From positions 1 through 64,000 of the forward strand of contig JAPDFW010000108.1 of NCBI GenBank assembly GCA_028826165.1: a stretch of 64,000 nt of DNA. The letters are read 5' to 3'. Origin of the DNA: Anaeramoeba ignava BMAN. Its lineage: Eukaryota > Protista > Anaeramoebae. The position numbers and the translations under genes are program-made. The stretch's first letter is position 1. Every line of letters starts with the position of its first letter. The notes beneath the pieces are model-generated. The model was not told the DNA's origin and did not search any database. It was given only the letters and a program-made list of their open reading frames with translations. This document shows, piece by piece, positions 12,648-26,509 of this stretch.

Positions 12648-15600
12648 TTATTTGAGAAGAGCATGGCAAGCAGAAAGTCTTGCGATTGGGATTCTGAAAG
12701 GAGAGCAACTGACATAAGTCAAACCAACATCAGAAGCGAATTTAATAGATCTTGGTTCACCACCATGTTCACCGCAAATACCGATATCCATACCAGGTCT
12801 TTGAGTGCGACCTTCAGTGACGCACATTCTAATGAGTTTTCCGACACCATCAGTATCGATTGATTTGAAGGGATTTTCAGGAAGAACACCGAGTTGGAGA
12901 TATCGCATAAGGAAACCACTTTCTGCATCATCACGGGAGTAACCGAAAGTCATTTGTGTGAGATCGTTAGTGCCGAAGGAGAAGAACTCAGCAAGATGGG
13001 CAATCTCGCCTCCAGTCAGAGCTGCTCTTGGTGTTTCAATCATTGTCCCGAATTTGTATTTGATGTCGAGCTCGTATTTCTTGAGAACTTCGGCGGCAAC
13101 TTTTTCGAGTTCGGGCTGGATTTGTTTGAGTTCGGCGATGTGAGAGACGAGCGGAATCATGATTTCTGGGATTGGCTCGAATCCGCGTTTCTTGGCTTGG
13201 CATGCACCTTCAAATACTGCTGTGATTTGCATTTGAACGAGTTCGGGCTTGACGATTGAAAGTCTGACGCCTCGAAGCCCAAGCATTGGGTTTGATTCGT
13301 GCATTTCCTTGACGTTTGTGAGAAGGTTCTCTTTGTCTTTGTCTTCGACTCCTTTGGCTCTCAATGTGCTGACTTCTTCGATTAAATCGGTTAAAGTGGG
13401 AAGGAATTCGTGGAGCGGAGGATCAATGAGTCGGACAATAACGGGCAAGCCTGTCATTTCGACAAAGAGTTCTTCGAAGTCTTTTGTTTGGAGTGCTTGC
13501 AATTCGGCAAGTGCGTTTTGTTTTTCTTTTTCTTCTTTAGCAAGAATGAATTTTCTGAGGATGAGCGATCGATCGCCAAGGAACATGTGTTCTGTTCTGC
13601 AGAGACCGATTCCTTTTGCGCCGAACATGCGCGCTCTTTTAGCGTCTGCGGGATAGTCTGCGTTAGCCCAGACTTGGAGTCCTTTTGACGGCATATTTTC
13701 TCCGCTTCGCATGCCTTCTTTGGCGCAGATTTCGTCTGCCCAGGAAAGAAGCTTGGTGAGCTCAACTTGCTTGGTGAGATCGGGCTTGATTGTTTCTAAT
13801 TTGCATGCGAAAATTTCTCCTGTTGTTCCGTCAACGGAAACCCAGTCGCCTTCTTTAAGAAGAATGTCGCCAACTCTAACGGTTTTGTTTTCTTGATCAA
13901 TGATCGTTGCGCTGGCTCCAACAACGCAAGGAATTCCGAATTGTCGTGCCACAACGGCTGCGTGGGAAGTGGCTCCGCCTTGATTTGTGAAGATTCCTTT
14001 GGAGACAAGCATTCCATGGACGTCGTCTGGTTTTGTGAATGTTCGAACCATGATCACATCCTGGTTTTCTTCCTTGACCTTCTTCTCGCAGGTGTCTGCC
14101 TCGAAGTAGATTCTTCCAACGGCTGCGCCAGGTGATGCTGCAACTCCCTTGGCAAATAACTTTCCGCTCTTGCGCGCTTCTTCTTGGGATTTCTCGTTGA
14201 ACTGGGGATGCAATAGCGTGTCGACATCATCGGGGGATACTCTTAAAATCGCTTTTTCTTTTGTGATCAATCCTTCTTCAACAAGATCAACGGCAATCTT
14301 GACTTTTGCTCTTGCCGTTCTTTTGCCGTCTCGGGTTTGGAGGAAATATAATACTCCTCTTTCAACAGTGAACTCGATGTCCTGCATTTCTGTGAAGTAT
14401 TTCTCAAGCCGTTGGGATTCCTCGATGAATTTCTTATAAGCTTCGGGTATTTTGGTTTCAAGTGAAACAATTGGATCAGTGTTTCTTATTCCTGCAACAA
14501 CATCTTCTCCTTGTGCGTTGAATAAAAATTCTCCATATAATGCCTTTTCTCCTGTCGATGGATTTCTTGTGAATGCAACTCCTGTTCCTGAGTCTTTTTC
14601 TCCCATGTTTCCAAACACCATTGTCACAATATTTACTGCTGTTCCAAGATCATCTGGAATATTTGCTTTCTTTCGGTACACTTTGGCTCGGTCGCTATTC
14701 CAAGATGCGAAAACTGCGTGGATTGACAATCTGATTTGTTCAATTGGATCTTGTGGAAATTCTTTTCCGTGATCAATAACAATTTTCTTGAATTTTTCGG
14801 TCATGACTTTCCAATCTTCAGCTGTAAGTTCGTTATCGAATTTCATGTTCTTTTCTTTTTTGTATTCTTCAAGTGGTTTTTCGAAGATTTCATCTTTTAA
14901 TCCGAGAACAATGCATGCGTATCCTTGAACCAATCTTCGATATGAATCGTAGACAAATCTTTCGTTGTTTGTGAGTTTGATCATTGCTTGAGCTGTGACA
15001 TCATTTAATCCGATGTTAAGGACTGTATCCTATATAAATATTAAATAAAAATAAAAATATTAAAATATTAAAAATATTAAAATTAAAATATTAAATAAAA
15101 ATATTAAATAAATATTTAAAATATAAAATTATTAAAATATTAAAATATTAAAATAATAAAATATAAATAAAAATATTAAATTATTAAAATATTAAATAAA
15201 AATATTAAAATATTAAATAAAAATATTAAAATATTAATAAAAATATTAAATTATTATTAAAAATATTAAAATATTAAAATATTAAAATATTAAAATATTA
15301 AAATATTAATAAAAATATTACCATCATTCCAGGCATAGATTGTGCTGCTCCAGATCGGCATGAAACTAATAAAGGATTAACAGTATCTCCAACTTTTTTT
15401 CCTGTTTTTTCTTCAATATGTTTTAAAGCAACCATTGTTTGATCCCACATTCCTTCAGGAAATTTCTCATTAACTTTGTAATATTCATTACAAGCTTCAG
15501 TTGAAATGGTGAATCCAGGAGGAACTGAAATTCCTAAACTTGCCATCTTTGCTAAATTTGCTCCTTTTCCTCCAAGAAGCAATCTTACTGCATTCCAAGA

Positions 15601-15660
15601 ACCTCTTTCTTTTTCAACTTCATTTACTTCTTCAAATAAGAAAACCCACTTCTTTGACAT
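12648..15660 (-). CDS. ppdK: Pyruvate, phosphate dikinase (2 exons: 15322-15660 and 12648-15029; ~906 aa)
   Basis: [25 protein letters not shown]|DTVLNIGL across the intron, GEDVVAGIR, catalytic [41 protein letters not shown]. The intron 15030-15321 is GT-AG and made of AAAATATT-type repeats. Confidence 0.97.
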
Positions 15661-16033
15661 TTTTAAATAATCGATTTCCTATTTTTATTATTTTTTATTA
15701 TTTTTTATTATTTTTTATTATTTTATAAATGATTAATTAAACTCCCCCAAACAAATTAAAAAAATAAAATAAAGCAAAAATAAAAAAATAAAATAAAATA
15801 AAGCAAAAATAAAATAAAATAATAATTGCTTTATAATTAAAACTTACAAAAATTAAAAACCGAAAAAATGAAAAAAAAAAAAATTAAAAAAAAAAATTAT
15901 TTAAATAAAAAAAAATTTTTTTTTTTGCTTTTTTTCTCCTTTTTTTATTTTAAATTTTTTTTTCTCCTTTTTATTTTTTTTTTTTTTTCCTTTTTTTTTC
16001 ATTTTTTCTTTTTCCTTTTTTTTTTAGTTTAGA

Positions 16034-19000
16034 ATGTCTTATATTTTTTTATTCCTTAATCCAAATGAAATTCAATTAAATCAAACAGAAAAAATTCTTA
16101 TAATTTTCCAAAAATTTTTATTTGAAGATCATAAAATGATCCAACTTAAAAAACCATATGAATACATTTGGCAATATTTTGATCAAGAAGATCAAAACAA
16201 AAAATTTAATTTTCAATTTGCTCTTGTTGATGAAGAAATAATTCAAGCAAAAGAAAATGAAAATCAATTTAAAAATCAAAATCAATTTAAAAATCAAAAT
16301 CAATTCAAAAATGAAAATCAATTTAAAAATCAAAATCAATTCAAAAATCAATTTGAAAATGAATTTGAAAATGAAAATCAATTCAAAAATCAATTCAAAA
16401 ATGAAAATCAATTTGAAAATCAATTTGAAAATGAAAATCAAAATGAAAATCAACTTGAAAATGAAAATGAAAATGAAAATCAATTCAAAAATGAAAATCA
16501 ATTCAAAAATCAATTTGAAAATCAATTTGAAAATGAAAATCAATTCAAAAATCAATTTGAAAATCAATTTGAAAATGAAAATGAAAATCAATTCAAAAAT
16601 GAAAATCAATTTGAAAATCAATTTAAAAATGAAAATCAATTTGAAAATCAATTTAAAAATGAAAATCAAAATGAAAATCAATTTAAAAATCAAAATGAAA
16701 ATGAAAATGAAAATCAATTCAAAAATGAAAATCAATTTGAAAATCAATTCAAAAATGAAAATCAAAATGAAAATCAAAATGAAAATCAATTCAAAAATCA
16801 ATTTGAAAATCAATTTGAAAATCAATTCAAAAATCAATTCAAAAATCAATTCAAAAATCAATTTGAAAATTTTCAATCAAAATTATTCCAAAAAAATAAT
16901 CAAAAATTCCATTTTTTTATTCATACTCAAGAATCTTTTTTCAATTTAGATTATATTCATTTTACAGATGAAATAGAAAGAAAAATTCCAGAAAATGCAG
17001 TCAATTCATTTTTTGAATATAAAAATCACACTCTTTCTTCTCAATCTCAATTAAAATTTCTTGATTATTTAGTTTATAACGAAATTCCAAATCAAAAAAC
17101 AAATCGTTCTGTTAAAAATTTTCAAAAAGATTTAGAATCACTCCAAATAACAAATAAAAACGTTTCCGAATGGTTTAAAACACAACAATTTCACTCCAAA
17201 AAATTTCATACATTAATAGTTTTGAAGTTACTTCTATTGAATCAATTCCATTTCAATAAAAAATTATTCTACAAACTTTTGCACTATTTCCCAACCATTT
17301 TTCGGTAATTTAACCAAACTTCACAACTTATTTTCTCCTTTATTTACTCAAATGATTCAAAACAGACAAGAAGATGAATCATTAATAACAGAAGTTGTTC
17401 AAATTTTACCCATTTTAGTCGAATATAAAATTGATCTTCAAATTATCCAATCCAATTATGAAATCCCAACAAAATATTTCCAACGTTTCCTCAAATTTTT
17501 CTCTCAAAATGAAAAACAAAAACAAAAATAATGAAAAACAAAATAATGAAAATATTCAAAATCGTTTGCAATTATTCAATTCTTCATTGAAACAATTTTT
17601 CTTTCTAATAAACAAACACCCTTCTGAATGGCTCAGAAAACTTAAGGAAATGGAAATGATTAATAAAATTCCTGACGAATTTTTCCTCCATTTCCTTGAA
17701 TCAATCGATCCAAATTTAATTCAAAAAGATAAAGAAACAGAAACAGAAAACCAAATTGAAAATTTCATCTATTTTTGGGAACCTCTTTTCCCTTATATTT
17801 TGAAATTGGAAGAAAGAAAAAAAAGAAATAAAAATCAAAATCAAAATCAAAATCTCAATAGAATCAAATTGCTTTGCAAAAAATTCTTGAATTTAAACAC
17901 AAAACAAGAAAAAGATTCAAAATCAATTTTCCACAATATTACAGATCAACTACAAAAATCATCACAAAAAAATTTTCCTCAAATTTTCCTCAACATCTTA
18001 TTAGAAAAAGCTAAAAATCTTTATCAAAATCTCCTCGAAAACAAGGAAATGACAACCGAATATCTTCATAAAATTCCACAAACTGATATTATTTCTTGCT
18101 GGCAAAAAGTCTTTGAAAAAGACAACAAAAACACCTTCTTTTTAAAACTCACAGAAAAAGATGATCCTGTTGCAATCTTTCTTAATTTCTCTTGGGAATC
18201 CTTGGAAAAAGAGATTGATTTATGGATTTATTTGAGAGAAATAAGTCTCAAAATTGATGATAACATTGCTAAACACAAACCTTTTCCTAGTCTTAAAAAT
18301 GACTGGGAAGTAGTTGAAAATATCGTGAATCAAATCCAAAAAAAACAAATCTCAATCCGCAATTACGCAAAAATTTACGATAACCCACATTTCAAAGCAA
18401 TTGCAACTAAATTCTTTTCAGAAAAATATACGAAAGCCAATCGAAAAGCAATAAATCATTATGAAACATTCAACAAACAAAAAGAATCTATCAAAAACTT
18501 TATCCAAATCTATAAAAAAGACGCTCCCTATTTGAAGTTCGGAATTGAAGATAAACTTGATAGCGAATCATCTAGTATAACAATAAATAAACCACTTAAA
18601 TATTTTGATTTGGAATCTAGTCATATTACACAAATTGAGATTCTTACTGAAATATACTCAAGCCATTGGATACAAGAATTTGTATGGAAGGAAATGAAGG
18701 AAAATGCTCAAAAATCTCTTTCTGTCAAGGAAATAATTGAGAAAGCACAAACAGTTTTTAAACAAATTCATCAAATTTTATTTTCGAAATCCTCCACCTT
18801 TGAACAGATCAAAGAATACATCCCTAAAAAAAAAAAATGGGAATGGATCGCTACACATTTGGGTCATTTAGAGAAAGTGACCAAAAAGAAACCCAATTTG
18901 GAAAAATACAAACAATATGCCAAAATTCGTGATTTCCTTAAAGTTTCCAAAACATTCATTTTCTTCTGCAACCAATTTGATTTCAACGAAAAGACAGACT

Positions 19001-22000
19001 TGGAAATTTTGAGCAACAGATTCGAAAATCCAAAACTTTCAGATTTCACTTTTAAGACAATCTCGAAAGACTTTGATTTGCAACAAAGATTCATCGCAAA
19101 CATTGACCACAGCTTCTTTGTTTTTCTTTCTCATCTTTTCCGTTCCGAAAAGGAGCCAAAACCCAACAAAAATCTTTTCGAATTCATCAAATCAAAAAAT
19201 AGTGAGTGGATGGATGTTATGGAATTGATTGACGAGGAGTTTCTTGACTACGAACAAACACTCAACTCAATAAGAAACCGTCTTACAAAAATTTTCTCAA
19301 TCAAAAAATTCGACGACTTAGTTCACTTGACAACGGAAATAGCCAAAAATGAAAATGACTGGAAACAAAACAAGGAATCAAACATATCCACAATATCGGA
19401 AAAACAACAAGAGGAAGATATCGAAAATCTCTTTTCAGCTCTTCCACTAATTAATCAATGGATCGGCCAAAAACTGCAAACTTCCAAACAACTTGCAAAG
19501 GAAAATCTCGAAAACATTGCGCGATCGCCAAAAAAATTCCAATTCGAAATCCAAGAGAAAATTTCTTTTACTTGTACACTTCTTACTCTTGACGAAAAAA
19601 AACACAAAACAACCTTCACTTACGAGGATTTCCTTGATATCAATATGCTTCTGTTGGAGGAAGAAAAAAAAGAGGATGCGCTTGTTAGTAAACTAACAGA
19701 CATGTTCCCACCAATCCAGGAAATGATCAGCATCCTCAATCACTTAAAGGAATCCATTCACCCAATTTTCCGGAATGGATATTCCAAAGAAATTCTTATT
19801 CCCGATAATCTTATGGAGAAAACCAAAGAAAATCAACAAAACTCTCTTGATTTGGAATTGCAAAAAATACACGATTTGCAAAAAAGATGGGAAATTTTCC
19901 AAAAGAGTATTGAAAAGGAATATTCTTATGTTTTCGTCTATTCTTTTGATCAAATCAAGATCCTCTACCAGTCGCTCATTTCATCTTCTCCAGACAAAGC
20001 CAAAATATTCAAGCCACTTCTTCATCTTGAAGATCTGGGTTCCAAATTCAAATGGAAAAGAGAGAAAGGTCTTCCTGATTCAATATCTCAAATAGATGAT
20101 GAAAAAATTCAGAAAGATTTCTGTTCCTTTATTGAAGAACTCAACAAGCAAATCAAAGACAAAGAAACCCAAAAATCTAGAAACAAACATAATAAGAATA
20201 ATAATAAGAATAAGAAAATGGGCTTCAATAACACTCACCAATTATTCCTTAGATATTGGCCTCACGAAAACCTTCCCCCAATATTCGTTGTTCAGATTGA
20301 AGATGAATTATCCGTTTATGAAACAATCACAACCCTCTATCTCACTTTCACTAACAATTTCCCATTGAAAGAACAAGTGCTTTTTTGCAACAAAACAACA
20401 TCAAAAGACGACATTTTAAGATTTGCTAATCTCTTCCAAAACCAAAAGCAAAAACAGACCAACGAGATATTCTCAATCATTTTTGCTGATCATCTTTCCA
20501 AAAAATTGCAGAGCGTCCTCATCTCAAACCTCCAAAAAATCAATCCAAATCCAAATCCAAAACCCAAAAATCTTCGTGTAATCACAATTTTCTCTCACAA
20601 AAACGAAAGTCAGACACAAGTTCTTCTCAGTTATTTCCAATCCACTTTTTCGCAAAGTACTCTCTGCAAATCCTTCAGTTTGCAAAAGAAAACCAAAAAC
20701 ATTTTCATTCAGCAACATTTCCAAAACAAAATGGCGTCTTGCTCAAAGAAAATGAAGGCTTTTACTTCTAATTTTTCAGGTTGTGGAAAAACTTTCCAAA
20801 TTCGAAAGGATTTATTCAAAATAAATTGCGAAAACGAAAATATAAACGACAAAAAATATCAATATTATCACATCAAAATGAAAAATACAGACACAAAAGA
20901 GCTAATCCAAGAGCTCGTGAGCCATGAAAAAGGCACAAAAATTTGTTTCCACTTTGATTTGTCATACAATCTTGAAAGTGACTCGTGCGAACTTCTCTGG
21001 TCATTATTGATGTTCAGAGTGATTGAAGACAAACGATGTGCTGATCCAAGTGCCTGCGCGTTTATATTCAAACCCGAAAAGCATATGATTTATTTCGAAA
21101 TTCCAAGCTCTCGCGTCGTCTCATCAGAACAAGGACTCAACAACTTTCCTCCTCTTAAATTCATCACAAACATATCTTGTATTGTGGATAGCAAAAGCTT
21201 GTGCACCAAAAATTACGAAGTGAAAAATCATGAAATTGTGGAAACTAAAAACACAAAATTGGAAACTGTTCAAAATTTCTTTAAAAATAATAATATTAAC
21301 ATCACGCAAAACGAAAAGCAAATCGACAATCTGTTCAGTTTTTTCGACAATGAAAATCACAGCCAAACTTATTCATCACTTAAAATTTTCTGGACTCTCT
21401 TATATTTCTACATTGATTCCTATCGAAAATGGAAGAATTATCCGAGATCTTTCAATCATCAAATTTTCCAAAAAGAGCAATTTGAAGATCAAATGAAACA
21501 ACTGATATTCAGCACAACATTACAAATCACAACACGCTCTTTCGAATGGATGACTGAGATCCAGGATTCATCTCAAGTTAATAATTTCAGAACTTACTTG
21601 AAATGGAAAGACAAAATACACAATTTGATTTTAGCCTTTTTTTATGACGAAAACAAAAAAGGAGAAATCAAAAATTTCGCAGTTTTTTCTCGTGATGGAA
21701 ATAATCTCGGGATTTTTTCAAATGAAGATGTTAATTCCTTAAAAGCAGCTAATATCCATTTCGGACCAATATCTCCTTCCCAAAAATACCCCATCTATTT
21801 TTTACTGCAAATTGGCGATTGTTGGCACAAAAGAATTCCATTTGTCGACACAATCCTTAACGAGAAAAAATACAGAATAACAGAAGACAACTTCCTCAAA
21901 TTCATTGTGATTCAAACTCGCTTATCTTGTGGTTTACCTGTTATCATCATTGGCGAAACTGGATGCGGAAAAACATCCCTAATCAACTTTTTGATCAAAC

Positions 22001-25000
22001 AACTCTATGGAAAAAAACTCACAATCTTAAATATCAACGGTAGTACAACAATTGAAGCAATTAAAGATGAAATGAACAAATTAATTCATAGCCAAATAAA
22101 TCAAGAAGAAAAAATCATTCTCTTCGATGAATTCAATACAGCGCCAAAAGAATGCATTGCGTTCATGAAACAGCTATTTTTCGACCGTGTATTTAATGGA
22201 GAAACACTTCCTCAATCAGTCAAATTTATCGCACTTGCAAATCCTTTTCGGAAACAAGATCAAAAAGATGACCAAAATTTGGATTGCGGATTACTTTATG
22301 ATTACGGCGAAAAAACAAAAGATTTCAAAAAAATAGAAAACGCAATCTATCGTGTGCATGAAATTCCAGACTCCTTTTTTGACCATATCTATGATTTCGG
22401 CGCTCTTGACGAACAATCAGAAAAACATTATTTGGTGCAAATGATTAACAAAGCTCTCGGAAAAACTTGGGGTCTTATACAGTCCCAAAACGAGCAAGTG
22501 GTGGAATTCTATAAAGAATTACTTTTCCGTTCTCATCGGTTCACAAGACAAAATTCCATCGATCCAGAAAGTGCTGTTTCTCTTCGTGATGCCTCTCGCG
22601 CTTTGAAAATTTTGAAATATATTATCGATAACAAAGAGGTTTATTCCTTTTTTCTTTCTGAAGGCGAGTTGAATGAATTGAAAGAAAAAAAATCAGAGCT
22701 TCAAATCGAAAAATTCAAGATAATAATCGGTATTATCCTTTCCATTTTTGTTAGTTATGGTTGTCGTTTTTCTGCTGAAACTCGCAAAATATATTATACA
22801 GAAATTTTACAAAATAACCCTATTCCTTTCTTTCTTAAGGATTCTTTGAAATTTCCTGAAACAGAAAAAGATTTTTCTCGTAAAATTGGTGATTATCGTG
22901 AAAAATTATTTCAAAAAATTGATAAAGAAGGTAAATTGAAGGATAATGCTATCGCTGCTAATGAAGCTTTAACAGAGAATTTACTTCTTGAGTTTATTTG
23001 TCTTCAGAATAAGATACCGTTATTTATTATTGGGAAACCAGGTAGAAAAATTTAATAATAATAATAATAATTATAATTATTTAAATATTTTTAAATATTA
23101 TAAAAATAGGAACCTCAAAATCTTTATCAATCGAAATCCTTAAAGATTGGCTCAGTCATACCTCAAATAACCCTCAAATCAGAAACCAAAATATCCGCCC
23201 AATTCGTGTATTTCCTTTGCAATGCTCGCCTCAAACAACTTCAAGATCGATCCAAAAAATTTTTAATCAAGCTAAACATTACCAAAAACAGCAAAACGAA
23301 AGAGAAAATACTTCATTTGCAAAAAATCTTTCAGTTGTTCTTCTTGATGAAGTTTCACTTGCTGAATTCAATCCAGACTTCCCATTAAAAGTGCTACATG
23401 AAGAACTTGAATTCTCAGATAAAGAATCCACAAAAGAATCAGAAAAAATAGCAGTCATTTCCATCTCAAATTGGAAACTTGATGCAAGCAAAATAAATAG
23501 AGGAGTTTTCCTTCAAAGAAATGATCCTGATCTTGAAGGACTTAAAGAAACAGGAAGAATTATTTTTTCATCAATAATGAGAGAAACTTTTCGAAATGAC
23601 AAAATAGACAAAAAAATACCAGAAAATCTCGCAACTATTTCCCAAGAGATATTCAAAAGACAAAATGAATCGAATATAATTCGAAACAACTTCTTCGGAT
23701 TAAGAGACTTCTACTATTTAGTCAAAATGGTTGCTTTTGAACTAACTGATAAAAAGAAATCAAAGCAACATCTCAAACAGCAAGTTATTGAAGACGTTGT
23801 TTTCCATTGCTTTTTAAGAAATTTTGGAGGCGTTCCCGAATTTTTCGAAACAACCATCAAGGGATTATTGGAAGACTATGGATACTATAATGAAGAAACA
23901 CAATCACAATCAAAAAAAGAAAGATCAGGAATTGACCTGGTTCTGAGCAATTTGAATTTGAACCAAAGCGAAGACCGAATCAAATCAAGACATGTCATGA
24001 TTCTTTGCGAAAATCTTTCAATTCTCCCCATGATTATGGAAAAACTGCAATCAAAAAACTCACAAAGAAAAATCAAGCTTTTATACGGTTCAAATTTCCC
24101 AGAAGACAAGAAAATCCAAACTTACCACGACTTGAAAATGATCGCCAATTTCATGAGTGATCCAAACATCTTTGTTCTTTGCAATCAAGAGCAACTATTT
24201 GAACCTCTTTATGATCTTTTGAACCAAAAATATGTTTTTATTGATGGAAAGTTTATTTCAACAGTTAGTATTGATGTCTCAACAACCCGCATATTTGTTC
24301 ATCCTTCCTCGCGTATTGTCGTTATAATGGAAAAGAGTCGCGCATACAAAGACCTTTCTCTTGCTGTTTTAAATCGTTTTGAAAAACAGCTTGTTCTTTC
24401 AACCGACTTCTTAAATGAGAACGGCAAAACTTTGACGTCAAATTTACAGAACTTTTTTAAATCAATAGAAAGTCTCGTTCCAAAAACAAAAATAAGTGAT
24501 TTACTTGTTGCATACCACCCAGATTTGATTGTTTCTCTTGCGTTCAAACTGCAAGACGAAAACCCAACCATTCAGGAAAATTCGAAGAGCATTTATTGGC
24601 ATAAAATCGCTAATTTGGCTGCAATGTGTAGAATCAAGAAAAACTTGAAAAAAATAAAAAATGCACTCCAAAAAAATAACGATCTACAGGAGCAAAATTC
24701 GACAAATAATCCGAATAGCAACCCCCTTAAGAACATCACAGAAAATATCTGCAAAGATGCCGAAAAATATTTCCGAAATGTTCCTTCAAGTTTGAAAGAC
24801 TTGTATAACAAATTATCTTCAAAAAATTCATTAGTATTAAAGCACGCAATTATCCTCACAAACTCACCTCCATTTCATTTAGATGACTTTTCAAGTACAC
24901 TAAAAGATGCCCAACTCATTAAGATTTCGGAAATTGGAAAAGTTTCCGAATTCAGGAAACAACTCGAAAAAAAATCATCTGCAAAAGTTCGTTTTGTTCA

Positions 25001-26455
25001 ATTCCAAGAATCTCCTGAAAAATACAACATCAAAACTTTTCAGCACATCAAATCAGTGATAGAATCCCTGGATGCCTTCAAACAAAAAAACCAGCTCATT
25101 ATCTTATGTGCACATTTACTTTCCGAAAAAGGAAAATCATCGATTCTCACAACCTTTGAATCTCACTGGGATATTTATTATCTCGATGATTTTAATCCTT
25201 CAATTTCTCTCCACACAATGTCAGATCTCCCGTTGCACGAAATATATAATAATCTACTCCAAAAAGAAAACAAAAGGAGAAAAAAGAAAAAAAAAGATTT
25301 CCCCGATATGTTCAAAGAAGTCTACAATATTGCTCTCCAAAAAATAAACAAAAAGCATCTGTTTGTAGAATTGCTGAACAAAGAATTTTACAATATATTC
25401 ATTTCCATCCTCCAGAAAGAGGCAATCATCTCCCAATGGGAAGAAATCACAGAGTCAATTTACAGTAATCCAAGTCAAAAATCTTTTGAATCAATCCAGT
25501 CCAGTTTCCATCGAAGACTCATTGATTTTTCTGCGACTCAAATCTCCTTTTTATTGAATGAGGTCCTCCAATTTGAATATTCCAAAAATGAGATACCAAA
25601 TTTCCCAAAATTATTCGAAATTTGCTTGAGAAATTTTTCTCCTTCCACAAAAACTAATTTTCGCTGGATAAATATCCATAAATATACTTTTCCTTTCAGT
25701 TCTTATTTTTATGATAACCCAAAAGAAGCTCAAAAAGTATTCAAAAAAATCGACAAACAATTAGCCAATAAAGTTCGCATCTTCTTTTCTATGTATATTG
25801 ACGACTTTATCAAACTCAATTTACTTCATGATCAAATTGAATTTTTCGAACAAAACAAAAAACCTTGGTTTGAATATTTTTTTATTAAAAACAAAAAATT
25901 TACTTCTTTTGTTGAATTGCATCGACACATCCAAGAAATACAAATGAAAAATGATCCAACAGAAATAATTTTGCAAATCAAATGCTTTGAATTGCTTGAC
26001 AATATAGAATCTTTAGATGAATTTCCCTCATTAAAAGATATCAAGGATATCAATGATATCAATAGTCTCATTCAACACACTATCACAGAATTAGAAAAAA
26101 TAAAGCTTTTGCAAAAGCATTTAAAATTAAAAATACCTCAAAATTTGCAGAAGATGAAGAAAATTATACAAAAATGGAAAACAAACAAAACAAAGAAATT
26201 AAGGATTTCTCAATAAAATTTCGCTCATTGAAATTAAAATAATTTTGAATATCATCGGGTTGACTAATTCAGATTTAAAAGGGGTAGAAAAGTACAAATT
26301 AAAAGATCCTTATTTCTTAATAAATATTGGGAAAATGTGTTATTCAGATATTTCAAAAGAAAAATTTTTCGCTAAATGGTATAAAAGAATAACAAGAATT
26401 ATTCTTGATACACTTTGTTTTGATAATGATAATAATAATGATAATAATAATAATG

Positions 26456-26509
<54 letters not shown>

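Noticed and set aside
12663-14772. Numerous + strand ORFs antisense to PPDK
   Set aside because: Explained by the higher GC and codon bias of the PPDK coding strand.
16118-16949. Overlapping 252-aa (-) and 230-aa (+) ORFs; likewise 27429-27803, 39666-40397, 39750-40376, 51042-51251, 53232-53570
   Set aside because: Shadow frames of hexamer and 12-mer repeats (ILIL, KIKI, FDFE).
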